64,000 nucleotides of DNA from Gemmatimonadaceae bacterium (GCA_040902005.1 JBBDYA010000084.1:35720-99719); one strand, 5' to 3'. Positions 1 through 13,627 are shown, counted from the stretch's first letter. Notes: generated from the sequence alone by a model not told the origin. Made by a program: numbers and translations.

Positions 1-43
1 CCCCCCAGGTCGGGCGGGTCGTCATCTCTGAACGTAGATGCCA

Positions 44-82
44 ATAAACGGCCGGGCCAGTTGAGGTGTCTACTGGCCCGGC
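44..82 (-). terminator. Probable intrinsic terminator downstream of the FecR-like gene
   Basis: 11-bp inverted repeat GCCGGGCCAGT (51-61) / ACTGGCCCGGC (72-82), followed on the minus strand by CGTTTATT. Confidence 0.55.
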
Positions 83-159
83 TGAGAGCACTGGCATCGA
101 CTGCCAGACTCATGACTTGGATCCCAGGTGAGAGTCCCCGAACCTTCCCGGAGAAATAC

Positions 160-1431
160 CTACCGCCGACCCGCCGGCCTCGAGGAAATCGTGTCGGTGA
201 ACGTCATGTTCTCGCCGACATAGGTGAACTTCAGCCCGGCGCTCTTCTCCACCGAGTTGATCGCCTCGCGTTGTGATCCGATCGGCGCCCGTACGAAGAC
301 CGTGCGCTCCAACAGCACGTTGTCCACGACCTTGATGTCGAGGCCGAACCACCGCCGCAGCTCCGGCAACACGTACCGCAACGTGCGACCCGCGATGGTG
401 ATGTTGCCATCCACCCAGTTGCTGGCCTCGTTCAATTCCTCGCCGCTGGGAACGCGCACCGCGCCCGAGTCGGTCACGGAATAGCTCATACCCGCGTTCA
501 GCTCCCGGCGGGCGTTGGCCACGCGCAGTTCGATCTTGCCTTCACGCGCATGGACGATCACAGCCGGATCACCGGGGAACCGGCGCACCGTGAACGTCGT
601 GCCGTGGGCGAGAATCGCCGCGGCACCCGCGCGCACCTGGAATGGCGTCTCCTGCACCTGACTGACCTCGAAGTTCGCCGCGCCCTCAACTCCCACCGCG
701 CGCAGACTGATGTTGAAGTCACGCGGAACCGTCAGCTTGGATTGGGGCGCGAGGGTCACGATGGTGGAATCGTCGAGCGTAATGCGAACAAACTGGCCAT
801 ACCCCGTTTCATGGGTGCGCGCGTTCGACGCAGCCAGGGCGCCCCGGATACCCACGTCCGCGCTCTGCCGGTCCATGATCAGGACCAGGGCAAGCACGCC
901 GACCAGCGCCAGTCCCCCGAAGATGAGCAGGGGCTTCCAGCTGCGTTCCTTGCCCAGCGCGGCCATGTGCTCCGCGGCTTCGTGACGCGCTGCTGACGCC
1001 CGCTGCCGGAAGGCCTCCGGCGCGCCACCGTGCAGCGTATGCTTCAGCCGGTCCCACGCCTCATCCAGCGTCATCTCCACGATGTCGTGGTGCGTGATTG
1101 GTGTCTCTCCGGTGTCCGACGTCCCGGCGATCGCATGGTCCGCCCGGTGCAGGCCCGCACGCCGGCTCAGTTCCCGCACGGCGCCGTGCTGGATGGCGGA
1201 TCTCAGGAACACCGCCAGCTCCTCCTGGGTGCGGAACCTGGCGCGGTCATTCCACGCGAGATGAAACGCCTTGGACACGACGCGCGGAGCCGCCACTTCG
1301 GCGCCTGGCAGCTTGGTCTTGGCCTCGGCAAGCAACGCGCTGTACTGGGCGCGGAACAGTCGCTCGAGCGCCGGTTCGTCGGGAATGACCAGTCCCATGG
1401 GCTGATCGGTGGGCTGCGAAGTCACGGGCAT
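160..1431 (-). CDS. FecR-family membrane anti-sigma-like protein with an N-terminal sigma-region-2-like segment
   Basis: TM segment LLIFGGLALVGVLALVLI followed by FecR motifs (TGYGQFVRITLDDSTIVTLAPQSKL, VEGAANFEV, GTTFTVR, LRRWFGLDI). Start taken at MPVTS; the ORF is open to 1518. Confidence 0.8.
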   Translation of the reverse strand: MPVTSQPTDQPMGLVIPDEPALERLFRAQYSALLAEAKTKLPGAEVAAPRVVSKAFHLAWNDRARFRTQEELAVFLRSAIQHGAVRELSRRAGLHRADHAIAGTSDTGETPITHHDIVEMTLDEAWDRLKHTLHGGAPEAFRQRASAARHEAAEHMAALGKERSWKPLLIFGGLALVGVLALVLIMDRQSADVGIRGALAASNARTHETGYGQFVRITLDDSTIVTLAPQSKLTVPRDFNISLRAVGVEGAANFEVSQVQETPFQVRAGAAAILAHGTTFTVRRFPGDPAVIVHAREGKIELRVANARRELNAGMSYSVTDSGAVRVPSGEELNEASNWVDGNITIAGRTLRYVLPELRRWFGLDIKVVDNVLLERTVFVRAPIGSQREAINSVEKSAGLKFTYVGENMTFTDTISSRPAGRR

Positions 1432-1541
1432 GGGTTGGATCCGGTTTGAGGTGTGGCTGTGCCGTGCTCTAATGTGGCTGAGGAACGGCGGCGCGAAAGG
1501 GGGCGGGTCGAGATACATTCGGTGACCCCCACCCCCGAGCC

Positions 1542-2012
1542 ATGAGTCGCGGACGACGCGTCGCGGATGCCATCGAGCGTTCTGTGAGCGGGCCCATGTG
1601 GCACGGGCCAGCCCTGGCCGACCTGGTGGGAGACGTGACCGCGAGCGACGCCGCCGCGCACCCGATCACCGGCGCGCATTCCATATGGGAGCTCGTGCTC
1701 CACGCCACGGCCTGGACCGAGGTGGCGCGCGAGCGGCTCGTCGGATCGGCCAAGGGCGAGCCCACCCCCGAGGAAGATTGGCCACCCGTGGACGAGCCGT
1801 CGCCCGAAGCGTGGCGCGCCGCGGTCGAGCGTCTGAAGGAGGCGCACCGCGAGCTGGCGGCCGACATCGCGGCGCTGGATGACGCCACGCTCATCGCCCG
1901 GGTGCCCGGCAAGGATCACCCGGTGCTCACGATGGTTCACGGGATCATCGAGCACGACGCGTATCATGGTGGACAGATCGCCCTGCTCAAGCGCGCGCTC
2001 GAGGTTCCCTAG
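1542..2012 (+). CDS. DinB/YfiT-like four-helix protein
   Basis: Motifs WHGP, HSIWELVLH and EHDAYHGGQIALLK. Confidence 0.9.
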   Translation: MSRGRRVADAIERSVSGPMWHGPALADLVGDVTASDAAAHPITGAHSIWELVLHATAWTEVARERLVGSAKGEPTPEEDWPPVDEPSPEAWRAAVERLKEAHRELAADIAALDDATLIARVPGKDHPVLTMVHGIIEHDAYHGGQIALLKRALEVP

Positions 2013-2419
2013 GCCGGTACGATGGCGGTGGCCTCGATCTCGACTTTCGCGCCCGGCTCCAGCAGTCCACTGACGACCACGACGGTCATCACCGGAAAGT
2101 GTTTCCCGAGAATCTCGCGGTAGCCCTCCCCGACCTTCCGGCGCGCCGCGAGATATTCGTCGCGGTCAGTGATGTACCACGTGAGCCGAACGAGATGCTC
2201 CGGCCGCGCGCCGGCGGCCGTCAGCACCGCGACCACGTTGCGTAGCGCCTGCACGGTCTGTGCGGCGAAGTCATCGGACGCAAGCTCCTGAGTCGCGGGG
2301 TTCCATCCGATCTGACCGGCGGTCACGACCATGCGCCCCCCCCCCGCGGCGATCATCCCGTGCGCGTAGCCCACTGGTTTCGCCCACCTTTCGGGATGCA
2401 CCTCGCGCGCGTCGCTCAT
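2009..2419 (-). CDS. RidA/YjgF-family protein
   Basis: GYAHG, AGQIGW, FPVMT and VEIEATA motifs; ATG overlaps the upstream stop (ATGA). Confidence 0.9.
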   Translation of the reverse strand: MSDAREVHPERWAKPVGYAHGMIAAGGGRMVVTAGQIGWNPATQELASDDFAAQTVQALRNVVAVLTAAGARPEHLVRLTWYITDRDEYLAARRKVGEGYREILGKHFPVMTVVVVSGLLEPGAKVEIEATAIVPA

Positions 2420-4056
2420 GCGCTCGCCGCCCTCCCCGGCTCGCGCAGCCGAAACCGCTGGAGTTTCCCGGTCGCCGTGCGGGGAAGCGCGCCAAGAAAT
2501 TCCACGCGGCGCGGATACTTGTACGGCGCGATCTCCCGCTTCACGAAGTCCTGAAGCTCCTTCGCCAGCTGCGGCGACGGCGACGCACCATCCGCGAGCA
2601 CCACGAACGCGCTCACCGCCTGCCCGCGCTCCTCGTCCGGCAGCCCGACGACGGCGCACTCCTTCACGGATGCGTGCAGCAGCAGCACGTTTTCCACCTC
2701 CGGTCCGGAGATGTTGTAGCCGGCGGAGATGATCATGTCGTCCGTGCGCGCCTGGTACCAGAAATATCCGTCCGCATCCCGGACATACGAGTCTCCCGTG
2801 AGGTTCCAGCCCGCCTGCACGTATGCGCGCTGGCGTTCGACGTTATCCAGATAACGGCATCCCGTGGGCCCGCGCACGGCGAGCTTGCCCACAGTGCCGT
2901 CGGGTACCGGCGCGCCCGCGTCGTTCACCACGCGCGCCTCGTAGCCCGGAACCGCCCTGCCGGTGGCGCCCGGCCGGATCTCGTCTCCGGACGCGCTGAT
3001 GAATATGTGGAGCATCTCCGTGGCGCCGATACCGTCGATGATCCGGACGCCGGTCGCGCGCTCCCACGCCTCGAATGTGGCCTGCGGCAGCGCCTCCCCC
3101 GCGGACACGCATTTCCGGAGACTGGAGATGTCGCGCGCGCCCACGCCGAGCAGCCCCAACATCGCGCGGTAGGCGGTGGGCGCGGTGAAACTGATCGTCG
3201 GCCGGAAGTGCACGATGCCATCGAGCAACTGCGGAGGCGCCGCCTGCTCCAGCAGCAGTGCGCTGGCGCCCACCCGCATCGGAAAGAGCACGAGTCCGCC
3301 AAGCCCGAACGTGAAGGCGAACGGGGGCGACCCGCAGAAGACGTCGTCGGGCGTGGGCTTCAGGACGTACCGCGGAAAGCAGTCGCAGATCGCCAGCACG
3401 TCCCGGTGAAAGTGCATGGTGCCCTTGCCCTCGCCCGTGGTGCCCGACGTGAACGCGATGAGCGCGACGTCGTCCGCCGCGGTGTCCACGTTGCGGAAGG
3501 AGGCGGGCTTGCCACGCATCAGCGCCTCGAGCTCGCCCTGCTCGCCGAACGTGACGCACCGGCCGCCCGCGCGGGACGCACCCGCGGCGGTGGTCTCCAT
3601 GGCAGACTGGCATTCGGCCGCGATCCGCGCATCGCTGAGGGCCAGTGTGATGCGTGCCTTGTCTGCCGTGAACGTGAGCTCGCGCGTGCGGAGCATCGGC
3701 ATCGTGCAGACCGCGATGCCGCCCGCCTTCAGAATCGCGAACCAGAGGGCCGCCATCCACGGACCGTTGTATCCGCGCAGCAGCACGCGATGGCCCGGAC
3801 GCACGCCCAGGTCGTCCACGAGCACGTGCGCGATCCGGTTGGCGTGCGCGAGCAGCTCGGCGTACGTCCACCGGCCGGACGGAAAGTGGAAGACCGGGCG
3901 ATCGCCATGCCCCTGCCGCACCATCTCGTCCAGCAGCTCCACCGCGCAGTTCAGGCGGTCGGGATACGTGAGCTCCGGAATGCGGTCGTAGCGCATGTCG
4001 GGCCACAGTTCCCGCGGCGGCAGCGCGTCGCGCGCGAAGGTGTCGATGTCAGCCAC
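2416..4056 (-). CDS. abmG: 2-aminobenzoate-CoA ligase (AMP-binding family)
   Basis: [12 protein letters not shown]-loop, [24 protein letters not shown]; operon context. Confidence 0.85.
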   Translation of the reverse strand: MADIDTFARDALPPRELWPDMRYDRIPELTYPDRLNCAVELLDEMVRQGHGDRPVFHFPSGRWTYAELLAHANRIAHVLVDDLGVRPGHRVLLRGYNGPWMAALWFAILKAGGIAVCTMPMLRTRELTFTADKARITLALSDARIAAECQSAMETTAAGASRAGGRCVTFGEQGELEALMRGKPASFRNVDTAADDVALIAFTSGTTGEGKGTMHFHRDVLAICDCFPRYVLKPTPDDVFCGSPPFAFTFGLGGLVLFPMRVGASALLLEQAAPPQLLDGIVHFRPTISFTAPTAYRAMLGLLGVGARDISSLRKCVSAGEALPQATFEAWERATGVRIIDGIGATEMLHIFISASGDEIRPGATGRAVPGYEARVVNDAGAPVPDGTVGKLAVRGPTGCRYLDNVERQRAYVQAGWNLTGDSYVRDADGYFWYQARTDDMIISAGYNISGPEVENVLLLHASVKECAVVGLPDEERGQAVSAFVVLADGASPSPQLAKELQDFVKREIAPYKYPRRVEFLGALPRTATGKLQRFRLREPGRAASA

Positions 4057-5211
4057 CGAGCACGTCTCCGCCGATGATGAGTTTCTGGATCTCGCTGGTG
4101 CCCTCGTAGATCCGCAACGCGCGAATCTCGCGATAGAGGCGCTCCACCGGCGCGCCGGCGATCACGCCGCGCCCGCCGAGGAGTTGCACGGCGTCGTCGA
4201 TCACGCGCTGGGCATGCTCGGTGGCGTGCAGCTTGGCGATGGCAGCCTCCCGGGTGACGCGCTCCGCCTGCGTGTCGCGCGTCCACGCCGCGCGGTAGAT
4301 CAGCAACGCGCTCGCATCGATGGAGACCGCCATGTCCGCAATGCGCGCCTGCGTCAGCTGATGCTCCGCCAGTCGCTTGCCGAACACCGTGCGGTTGCGC
4401 GCGTACTCCACGGCCTCGCGCATGGCGCGCCGGGCAAAGCCGAGCGCCGCCGCCGCCACCGTGGAACGGAACACGTCCAGCGTGCCCAGGGCGACGCGCA
4501 GCCCCTTGCCCACCGGACCGACGAGCGCGTCCTCGAATACCGCGCAGTCGGTCAGCACCACCGTGCCCAGCGGGTGCGGCGCCAGCGTTTCGATCCGCTC
4601 GGTGACGTGGAATCCGGCTGCGGTGGCGTCCACGACGAACGCGCCGAACGCCTTCTCCCCCTCGTCCGGCAGGCGCGCGAACACCACGTAGTGGTCGGCG
4701 ATGCCCGCGTTGGAGATGAAGGTCTTCTCGCCGTCCAGCCGCCATCCCTGTCCGTCGCGCCTGGCGGTGGTGCGCATCGCGGTGATGTCCGACCCGGCGT
4801 CCCGTTCGGACAGGGCGAACGCCGCCACCCGCTGCCCGTCGCGCACGCCGGGCAGGTAGCGGTCCTTCAGCGCATCCGATCCGTACAGGGAGATGGGCCC
4901 GGCGCCGAGCCCCTGCATCGCGAAGGCGAAATCCGCGAGGCCGGCGAATTCCGCCAGGGTTTCCCGGCACAGACACAGCGCGCGGACATCCAGGTTCGCG
5001 AAGGCACCGCCGTGCGACGACGGCACGCAATAGCGCAGCCAGTCGTGCTCGCCCAGCTGCTGCACGATCCGGCGACAGGCGGCGTCCGGGTCGGCGTCGG
5101 CCACCTCATGCGGCGCGATCTCGATGGCCGACCACGCGCGCAGGTCCCGCGCCAGCGCGCGATGCGCGTCCTCGAAGAAGGGCCACGCCAGGTGTGCGGG
5201 TTCGCGCAGGG

Positions 5212-5215
<4 letters not shown>
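4049..5215 (-). CDS. Acyl-CoA dehydrogenase (likely CTG start)
   Basis: [35 protein letters not shown] motifs; N-terminus LAWPFFED. Confidence 0.9.
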
Positions 5216-6038
<823 letters not shown>

Positions 6039-6042
<4 letters not shown>

Positions 6043-6817
6043 GTGATCTCTCCTCCCGCCACCACCAGGGCCTGTCCCGTCACCCCCGACGCTTCGGGGG
6101 TGCACAGCCAGAGCACGGCGCTGGCCACCTCCCTGGGCGTCGTCATGGCGCCGCGGGGAATGGCGCGCGTGATCATGGCGCGGGCTTCGTCCCGGGAAAT
6201 CTGTTTGGCGGTCATCAGTTCCTGGACTCCCTGCTCGGTCATGTCGGTATCGGTGTAGCCGGGGCAGACGGCGTTGACGGTAATCCCGAACGTCACGGTC
6301 TCCAACGCCAGCGACTTCGTCACGCCCACCACGCCGTGCTTCGCGGCGGCGTAGGCGCTCATGCGCGACGCGCCCGTAACGCCCGCGGTGGACGCGATGT
6401 TCACGATGCGCCCGTTGCGCGCCGCGATCATCGCGGGCAGCGCCTCGCGCGTGCAGAGATACACCGACGTCAGGTTCACGGCCAGCATGCGGTCCCACAC
6501 GTCGCGCGTGGTGTCCAGAAACTTCTCGCTCTTCGCCTGCCCCGCGTTGTTCACGAGCACGAGCGGTTCGCCGAAGGTCTCGCGCGCCCGGGCGAACGCC
6601 GAACGCACGGACGCGTCGTCCGACACGTCGCACGGCACCGCCGCCGCGGAGGCGCCGAGCTCGCGCGCGCGCTTCTCGAGGATCGCCTGGTTCCGTCCCA
6701 TGATCGTCACGCGGGCACCGGCGGCCACGAGGGCCGCCGCGATCTCCGCGCCAATCCCCCGCCCGCCACCGGTGACGATGGCGTGCCGCTCCTCCAGCTT
6801 CTTCCTCGTAATCCAGG

Positions 6818-6821
<4 letters not shown>
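6039..6821 (-). CDS. SDR oxidoreductase (3-hydroxyacyl-CoA dehydrogenase-like)
   Basis: [17 protein letters not shown] and CPGYTDT motifs; ATGA overlap. Confidence 0.9.
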
Positions 6822-9220
<2,399 letters not shown>

Positions 9221-9300
9221 GGCCCAAAGGTATGTCGCTGGCGCGCCGGCTGTAACCGCGATATGCTCCGCGTCCATCATTGGCACCAGCCAGGAGGATC

Positions 9301-10797
9301 ATGCGCCACCTACGAATCGCGTCGGCATTCGCGCTGACGCTCGCGGGATCCGATGTGCTCGCGCAGAGCGCGACGCCCGCGCTGGACGCGGCCGCGGCCG
9401 CGATGGGCGGCAAGGAACACGTGCTCGCCATTCGCACGCTGATCCTGGAAGGCACGGGTGAGTCCCTCACGTTCGGCCAGAACCACACCCCGTACGCCGA
9501 GACGCAGCACGCGATCACCGCGTACCGCCGCTCGTACGACTTCGTGAACCGGCGCTGGTTTGTGGACCAGACACGGGAACCGCGATTCGTCACGGCGAAT
9601 GTGGCGCCGCAGCGGGTGCGCCTCGGCGTGGACGGCTACCCGAACACCGTGGCGTACAACATCAACAACGCCGGCACCATGCTGCGCGCCGGCGGCTCGG
9701 CCGCCACCGACCGCCTGAGCGAGTTCCTGTACCACCCGGTGGGATTCCTGATGGCGGCGTTCGCGTCCGGCACGCCGGTCACCGAGCACGCCGGGCCGGA
9801 GGGCGATCGGACCATCCGGATCACGGTGGCCGGGATGGATGCCGCGATGGTCGTGGACGGCCGCACGAACCTTCCCAGCCGGGTGGAACGGGCCGTGTCG
9901 CATCCGATGCTCGGCGACATCACCCTGGTGACCGATTTCTCCGATTGGCGTGCCACCGGTGACCTGCGCCTGCCGATGCGGCTGCGCCAGCGATACGGCG
10001 ACCTGTTCACGCTCTCCGACCTTCGACTGACCGCTGCGCGCGTGAACGATGAGGTGGGCAACCTGGCGGCGACGGACAGCATTCGCACCGTGGCGCAGGC
10101 GGGGCAGCCCGCGGGGCAGCCCGCGGGGCCCGCGCCCCGCATCGTCGTGGACAGCGTCGCTCCCGGCGTCTGGTCCATCGCCGGACAGTCCCACCACACC
10201 ATCGCCATCGAGCAATCGAACCAGATTGTGCTGGTGGAGGCACCGCAGAGCGACGCGCGCGCGCGCGCGGCCATCGCGGCCGCGCGGGAACTGCGTCCCG
10301 GCAAGGCCCTCTCGCTGTTGGTCAATACCCATCACCACTTCGACCACGCGGGCGGCATCCGCGCGGCGGCATCGCAGGGGCTCACCATCGTGACTCACGC
10401 GAGCAATCGCGACTTCTACGAACGCGTGGTGCTGCCACCAGCGCGCACGCGGGAGGGCGACGCGTTATCGGAGCGTGGCGGAACGCCGCGGGTGCGCGCG
10501 GTCGGCGACCGGGAGGTCCTGCGCGACCGGATGCGCACGATCGAATTGCATCACATACCCAACCCGCATTCCGGATCGATGCTGGTGGTGTACCTTCCAG
10601 CCGAGCGGCTGTTGATTCAGGCGGACCTGTACAATCCGCCGCCGGAGAACGCGACGAACGTGCCGGTGTTCCCGTTCGTGAAGGCCCTGGTCGACGAGGT
10701 CGGGCGGCGCGGACTGCGAGTGGAACGGGTGGTCGGCATCCATGGGCGAGTCGTGCCGTGGAGCGATCTCGAGGCCGCCGCTTCGCGCGCGCCCTGA
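9301..10797 (+). CDS. Secreted metallo-beta-lactamase-fold hydrolase
   Basis: Signal-peptide-like N-terminus; C-terminal HxHxDH motif (NTHHHFDHAGG) plus PHSGS, ADL and IHG. Confidence 0.85.
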   Translation: MRHLRIASAFALTLAGSDVLAQSATPALDAAAAAMGGKEHVLAIRTLILEGTGESLTFGQNHTPYAETQHAITAYRRSYDFVNRRWFVDQTREPRFVTANVAPQRVRLGVDGYPNTVAYNINNAGTMLRAGGSAATDRLSEFLYHPVGFLMAAFASGTPVTEHAGPEGDRTIRITVAGMDAAMVVDGRTNLPSRVERAVSHPMLGDITLVTDFSDWRATGDLRLPMRLRQRYGDLFTLSDLRLTAARVNDEVGNLAATDSIRTVAQAGQPAGQPAGPAPRIVVDSVAPGVWSIAGQSHHTIAIEQSNQIVLVEAPQSDARARAAIAAARELRPGKALSLLVNTHHHFDHAGGIRAAASQGLTIVTHASNRDFYERVVLPPARTREGDALSERGGTPRVRAVGDREVLRDRMRTIELHHIPNPHSGSMLVVYLPAERLLIQADLYNPPPENATNVPVFPFVKALVDEVGRRGLRVERVVGIHGRVVPWSDLEAAASRAP

Positions 10798-10845
10798 CGT
10801 AGGTTATTGATTCTGCACCGCTGGACAACCTGAACGGAGGTAGGG

Positions 10846-11049
10846 ATGGCCGTCAAACTCGAAAAATCCATCAAGCGTGAACTGGATCTGGAAGGGCGGG
10901 CGTATACGATCACCATCGCGCCCGAAGGCGTGAAGGTCGTCGAGAAGGGAAAGCGGAAGGGCCGGGAGATCAGCTGGCGCTCGATCATCAGTGGCGACGC
11001 GCAGCTGGCCGAGGATCTCAAGCTGTCGATCGACGCGATGGGCGGCTGA
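10846..11049 (+). CDS. Small basic hypothetical protein (67 aa)
   Basis: GGAG RBS upstream, GC3-rich codons, protein-like sequence with EKGKRKG. Confidence 0.75.
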   Translation: MAVKLEKSIKRELDLEGRAYTITIAPEGVKVVEKGKRKGREISWRSIISGDAQLAEDLKLSIDAMGG

Positions 11050-11050
11050 T

Positions 11051-11222
11051 CACTGCTGGGAACCGGGAAAGGGGAATAGGGAGAAGCGAACGACAGCGGC
11101 GGGACCAGCGAAAGGGTACGAGAATGGGAAGGGATCAGCCAATTCCCATTCCTGTTCCCCTTCCCTTTCCCTTTCCCCGCCGTCGCAGTTTCCCTCTTCC
11201 CAGTTCCCCGTTCCCGCGTGGC
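11051..11222. repeat. Long imperfect purine/pyrimidine palindrome (7-mer + 6-mer arrays), copy 1
   Basis: GGGAANN array, CGACAGCGGCGGG linker and 6-mer array, mirrored by TTCCCN / CCCGCCGTCG / TTCCCNN; lies between convergent genes. Confidence 0.8.
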
Positions 11223-11603
11223 TCACTCGGCGTGGTCCGCCGGATCCCTGCGCGCCACAGCCCGACGCCGCGTGGGCGGCAGCGGAGCCCCCGCCTCGCG
11301 TTCGCGCAGCTCCAGCCGGGTCTGCGTCATGTCCGACGGCGCGGTGGCCAGCTGCTGCATCTTGTGGACGTATCGCATGAGCCTGAGCGGCGCGCGCAGC
11401 GACGACGCGCGCGCACGGCGGAAGAACTCCATCTCGTCGACCACGGCGCGCGGCAGATGCGACGACAGCCGCATGCGCAGGAGCTTCTCGAGCTGCTCGC
11501 GATCCCCCTCGATGCACGCGGCGGACAGCCGGCCGAGATACGCGAGGAAGCGGTCGCTCGGCCGCTCCCAGTCCATGAGTTCCGTCGGCGTGCGTCGTGT
11601 CAT
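11223..11603 (-). CDS. Hypothetical helical protein translationally coupled to ligD
   Basis: ATGA overlap with the ligD stop; GC3-biased codons. Confidence 0.7.
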   Translation of the reverse strand: MTRRTPTELMDWERPSDRFLAYLGRLSAACIEGDREQLEKLLRMRLSSHLPRAVVDEMEFFRRARASSLRAPLRLMRYVHKMQQLATAPSDMTQTRLELREREAGAPLPPTRRRAVARRDPADHAE

Positions 11604-13627
11604 GCGGCCGCATCTCCGAGAAGGCCGGGCAGGCGGTTCGACTTGCGCATCCCCAGTGCCCACAGGTCGCCCATGCGCTTCACGCGCGCGGGCAGGGTTG
11701 CGATCGTGAAGTCCCTGGGATCGAGGTCGTTCACCAGCTCGTTCCACTTGAGCGGCGTGGAGACCGATGCGTGCGGTTCCGCGCGCGCGGAGTAGACACT
11801 CGCGACGGTCTTGCCGCGAATGTTCTGCAGGTAGTCCACGTACACCGCCGCGTCCGGTCGCGACTTCACAGCCCGGTGCACCGTGGTCTCCTTCGGGTGC
11901 TTTTCGATCACGCGGCGCGCCACCAGCTGCGCCAGCGTGCGGGAGATCTCGTAGGACGCCCCGCGCGGCAGCGGCAGCACGATATGGATGCCACTGGCGC
12001 CAGACGTCTTGGGCACGCCGTGCAACCCGAGCTCGTCCAGTTCATCCTTCACCCAGCGCGCCACATTCACCACGCGCCGGAACGTGGCCTTGGGCCCCGG
12101 GTCGAGGTCGATGATCGAATAGTCGGCGTCCGCAACGCTCCGCGAACGCGAGTGCCAGGGATCGGTCGAGATCGCGCCGAGCTGAATGAGATAGAGCAGC
12201 GTCACCAGGTTCCCCCCGATGAGGCGTTGCTGCGTCTCGATCCCGTCATCGGCGACGCGCTCCACGCGGACACCCGCCGGCACCGTGTCGGGCGCCTTCT
12301 GCTGGTAGAAGGCGTCGCCCGTGATGCCATTGGGATATCGTTTCAATACGAGCGGCCGATCGTGGAGCGCGGGCAACAGATACGGCGCGATCTCCGCGTA
12401 AAACTCCATCAGGCGGCCCTTCGTGAACTTCGGACCGGGGAAGAACACCTTGCCGACATTGGTGACGTCGAGCGTCGTCTTGCCTTCCACCGTGATGGTG
12501 GCAGCTCTGGCTGCGGGATTCGCGCGGAGCTGGTCGGCGACGGTGGATGGCCGTGCGGACTTTCGAGTCGTAGCCGACGCGATGGCCGATTTCTTCTTCG
12601 GCTTTTTCAGGGCAGACGCGGCGACGCGACCCGGTTCGCGCACGACCGCGCGGGCGCTCTTGTCGTCGCGCAATCCGACGAAGACCGGATGGCGCAGCTG
12701 CCCGCCCGTGGTCCATTCATTGAAGCGGACCTCCGCGACAAAGCGCGGTTCGACCCAGTGCGCGCCCTCGTTGGTTTTTGGCGCGGACGCGAACGGTGAG
12801 GTCGCGCGTTCGACCTTCTTCAGCCTGCGGTACACATCCTCGAGCATGCGGTTCGAGAAGCCCGTGCCGGCGTGCCCGGCGTACACCAGCTCGCCGCCGT
12901 CGTTGTAGTACCCCAGGAGCAGCGCGCCGAGGTGCTGCCGCGAGTTGCGCGGTTCGGTCCAGCCGCCGACCACGAACTCCTGCTGGTTCTCGAGCTTGTG
13001 CTTCTGCCAGTGGCGCACGCGTCGCCCGGACTCGTAGAGACCATCGCGACGCTTGGCCATGATTCCCTCCCAACCGTGCCGGCGCGCCTCGCGCAGCAAC
13101 TCGTCGGGAGACTCGCGCACGTCACTGATCCACACCACGCGCTTCACGGGTGCCGGCGCGGCGCGCAACGCCCGCTCGAGTCGTTCGCGTCGATCGTCCC
13201 AGGCGTCCCCGGCCAGCAGTTCATCGCCGTCCACCAGCATGTCGAACGCGACGTAGGCGGCGGACGCGCGCGACGCGCGGTCGCTCGACGCGTGGGGGGG
13301 AGGGGGGGCGTCGAGCAGATGCATACGGCCCTGGAGCTCCTGGAACCGCGCCGGCTCGCCGCCCGCGGTCAGCGCGACGAGCTCGCCATCGAGCACCAGA
13401 TTGCGACCGAGCCGGCGCCCGAGATCGCCCAGACGCTGCGCGATCTCCGGAAACTGCCGCACCTTGTCCAGGCCATTGCGCGTGACCAGCGCCACGCCGT
13501 CGCCGGTGATGAGCGCAACGATCCGGATGCCGTCGTATTTCGGCTCGAACACCCAGCCCCCGCCCGCGGGCAGTTCCTTCCCCGCGGTCGCCAGCATGGG
13601 CTGGAACAGGTCGGTCACGCGTGCCAC
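11600..13627 (-). CDS. ligD: NHEJ DNA ligase D (ligase + OB + polymerase domains)
   Basis: EPKYDGIR, EGIMAK, QEFVVGGWT, LRHPVF.GLR.DK; polymerase motifs DLDP, KTSG.SGIH, YVDYLQN. Confidence 0.95.
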   Translation of the reverse strand: MARVTDLFQPMLATAGKELPAGGGWVFEPKYDGIRIVALITGDGVALVTRNGLDKVRQFPEIAQRLGDLGRRLGRNLVLDGELVALTAGGEPARFQELQGRMHLLDAPPPPHASSDRASRASAAYVAFDMLVDGDELLAGDAWDDRRERLERALRAAPAPVKRVVWISDVRESPDELLREARRHGWEGIMAKRRDGLYESGRRVRHWQKHKLENQQEFVVGGWTEPRNSRQHLGALLLGYYNDGGELVYAGHAGTGFSNRMLEDVYRRLKKVERATSPFASAPKTNEGAHWVEPRFVAEVRFNEWTTGGQLRHPVFVGLRDDKSARAVVREPGRVAASALKKPKKKSAIASATTRKSARPSTVADQLRANPAARAATITVEGKTTLDVTNVGKVFFPGPKFTKGRLMEFYAEIAPYLLPALHDRPLVLKRYPNGITGDAFYQQKAPDTVPAGVRVERVADDGIETQQRLIGGNLVTLLYLIQLGAISTDPWHSRSRSVADADYSIIDLDPGPKATFRRVVNVARWVKDELDELGLHGVPKTSGASGIHIVLPLPRGASYEISRTLAQLVARRVIEKHPKETTVHRAVKSRPDAAVYVDYLQNIRGKTVASVYSARAEPHASVSTPLKWNELVNDLDPRDFTIATLPARVKRMGDLWALGMRKSNRLPGLLGDAAA

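Noticed and set aside
20..159. Tandem hairpins with faint 6S RNA or SAM-riboswitch resemblance
   Set aside because: Too short for 6S and lacking the conserved cores; explained by a terminator plus a 6-bp hairpin (91-107)
10101..10130. 12-bp tandem repeat (GQPA) in the MBL gene, and the PARPA repeat in pilQ
   Set aside because: Ordinary low-complexity linker duplications
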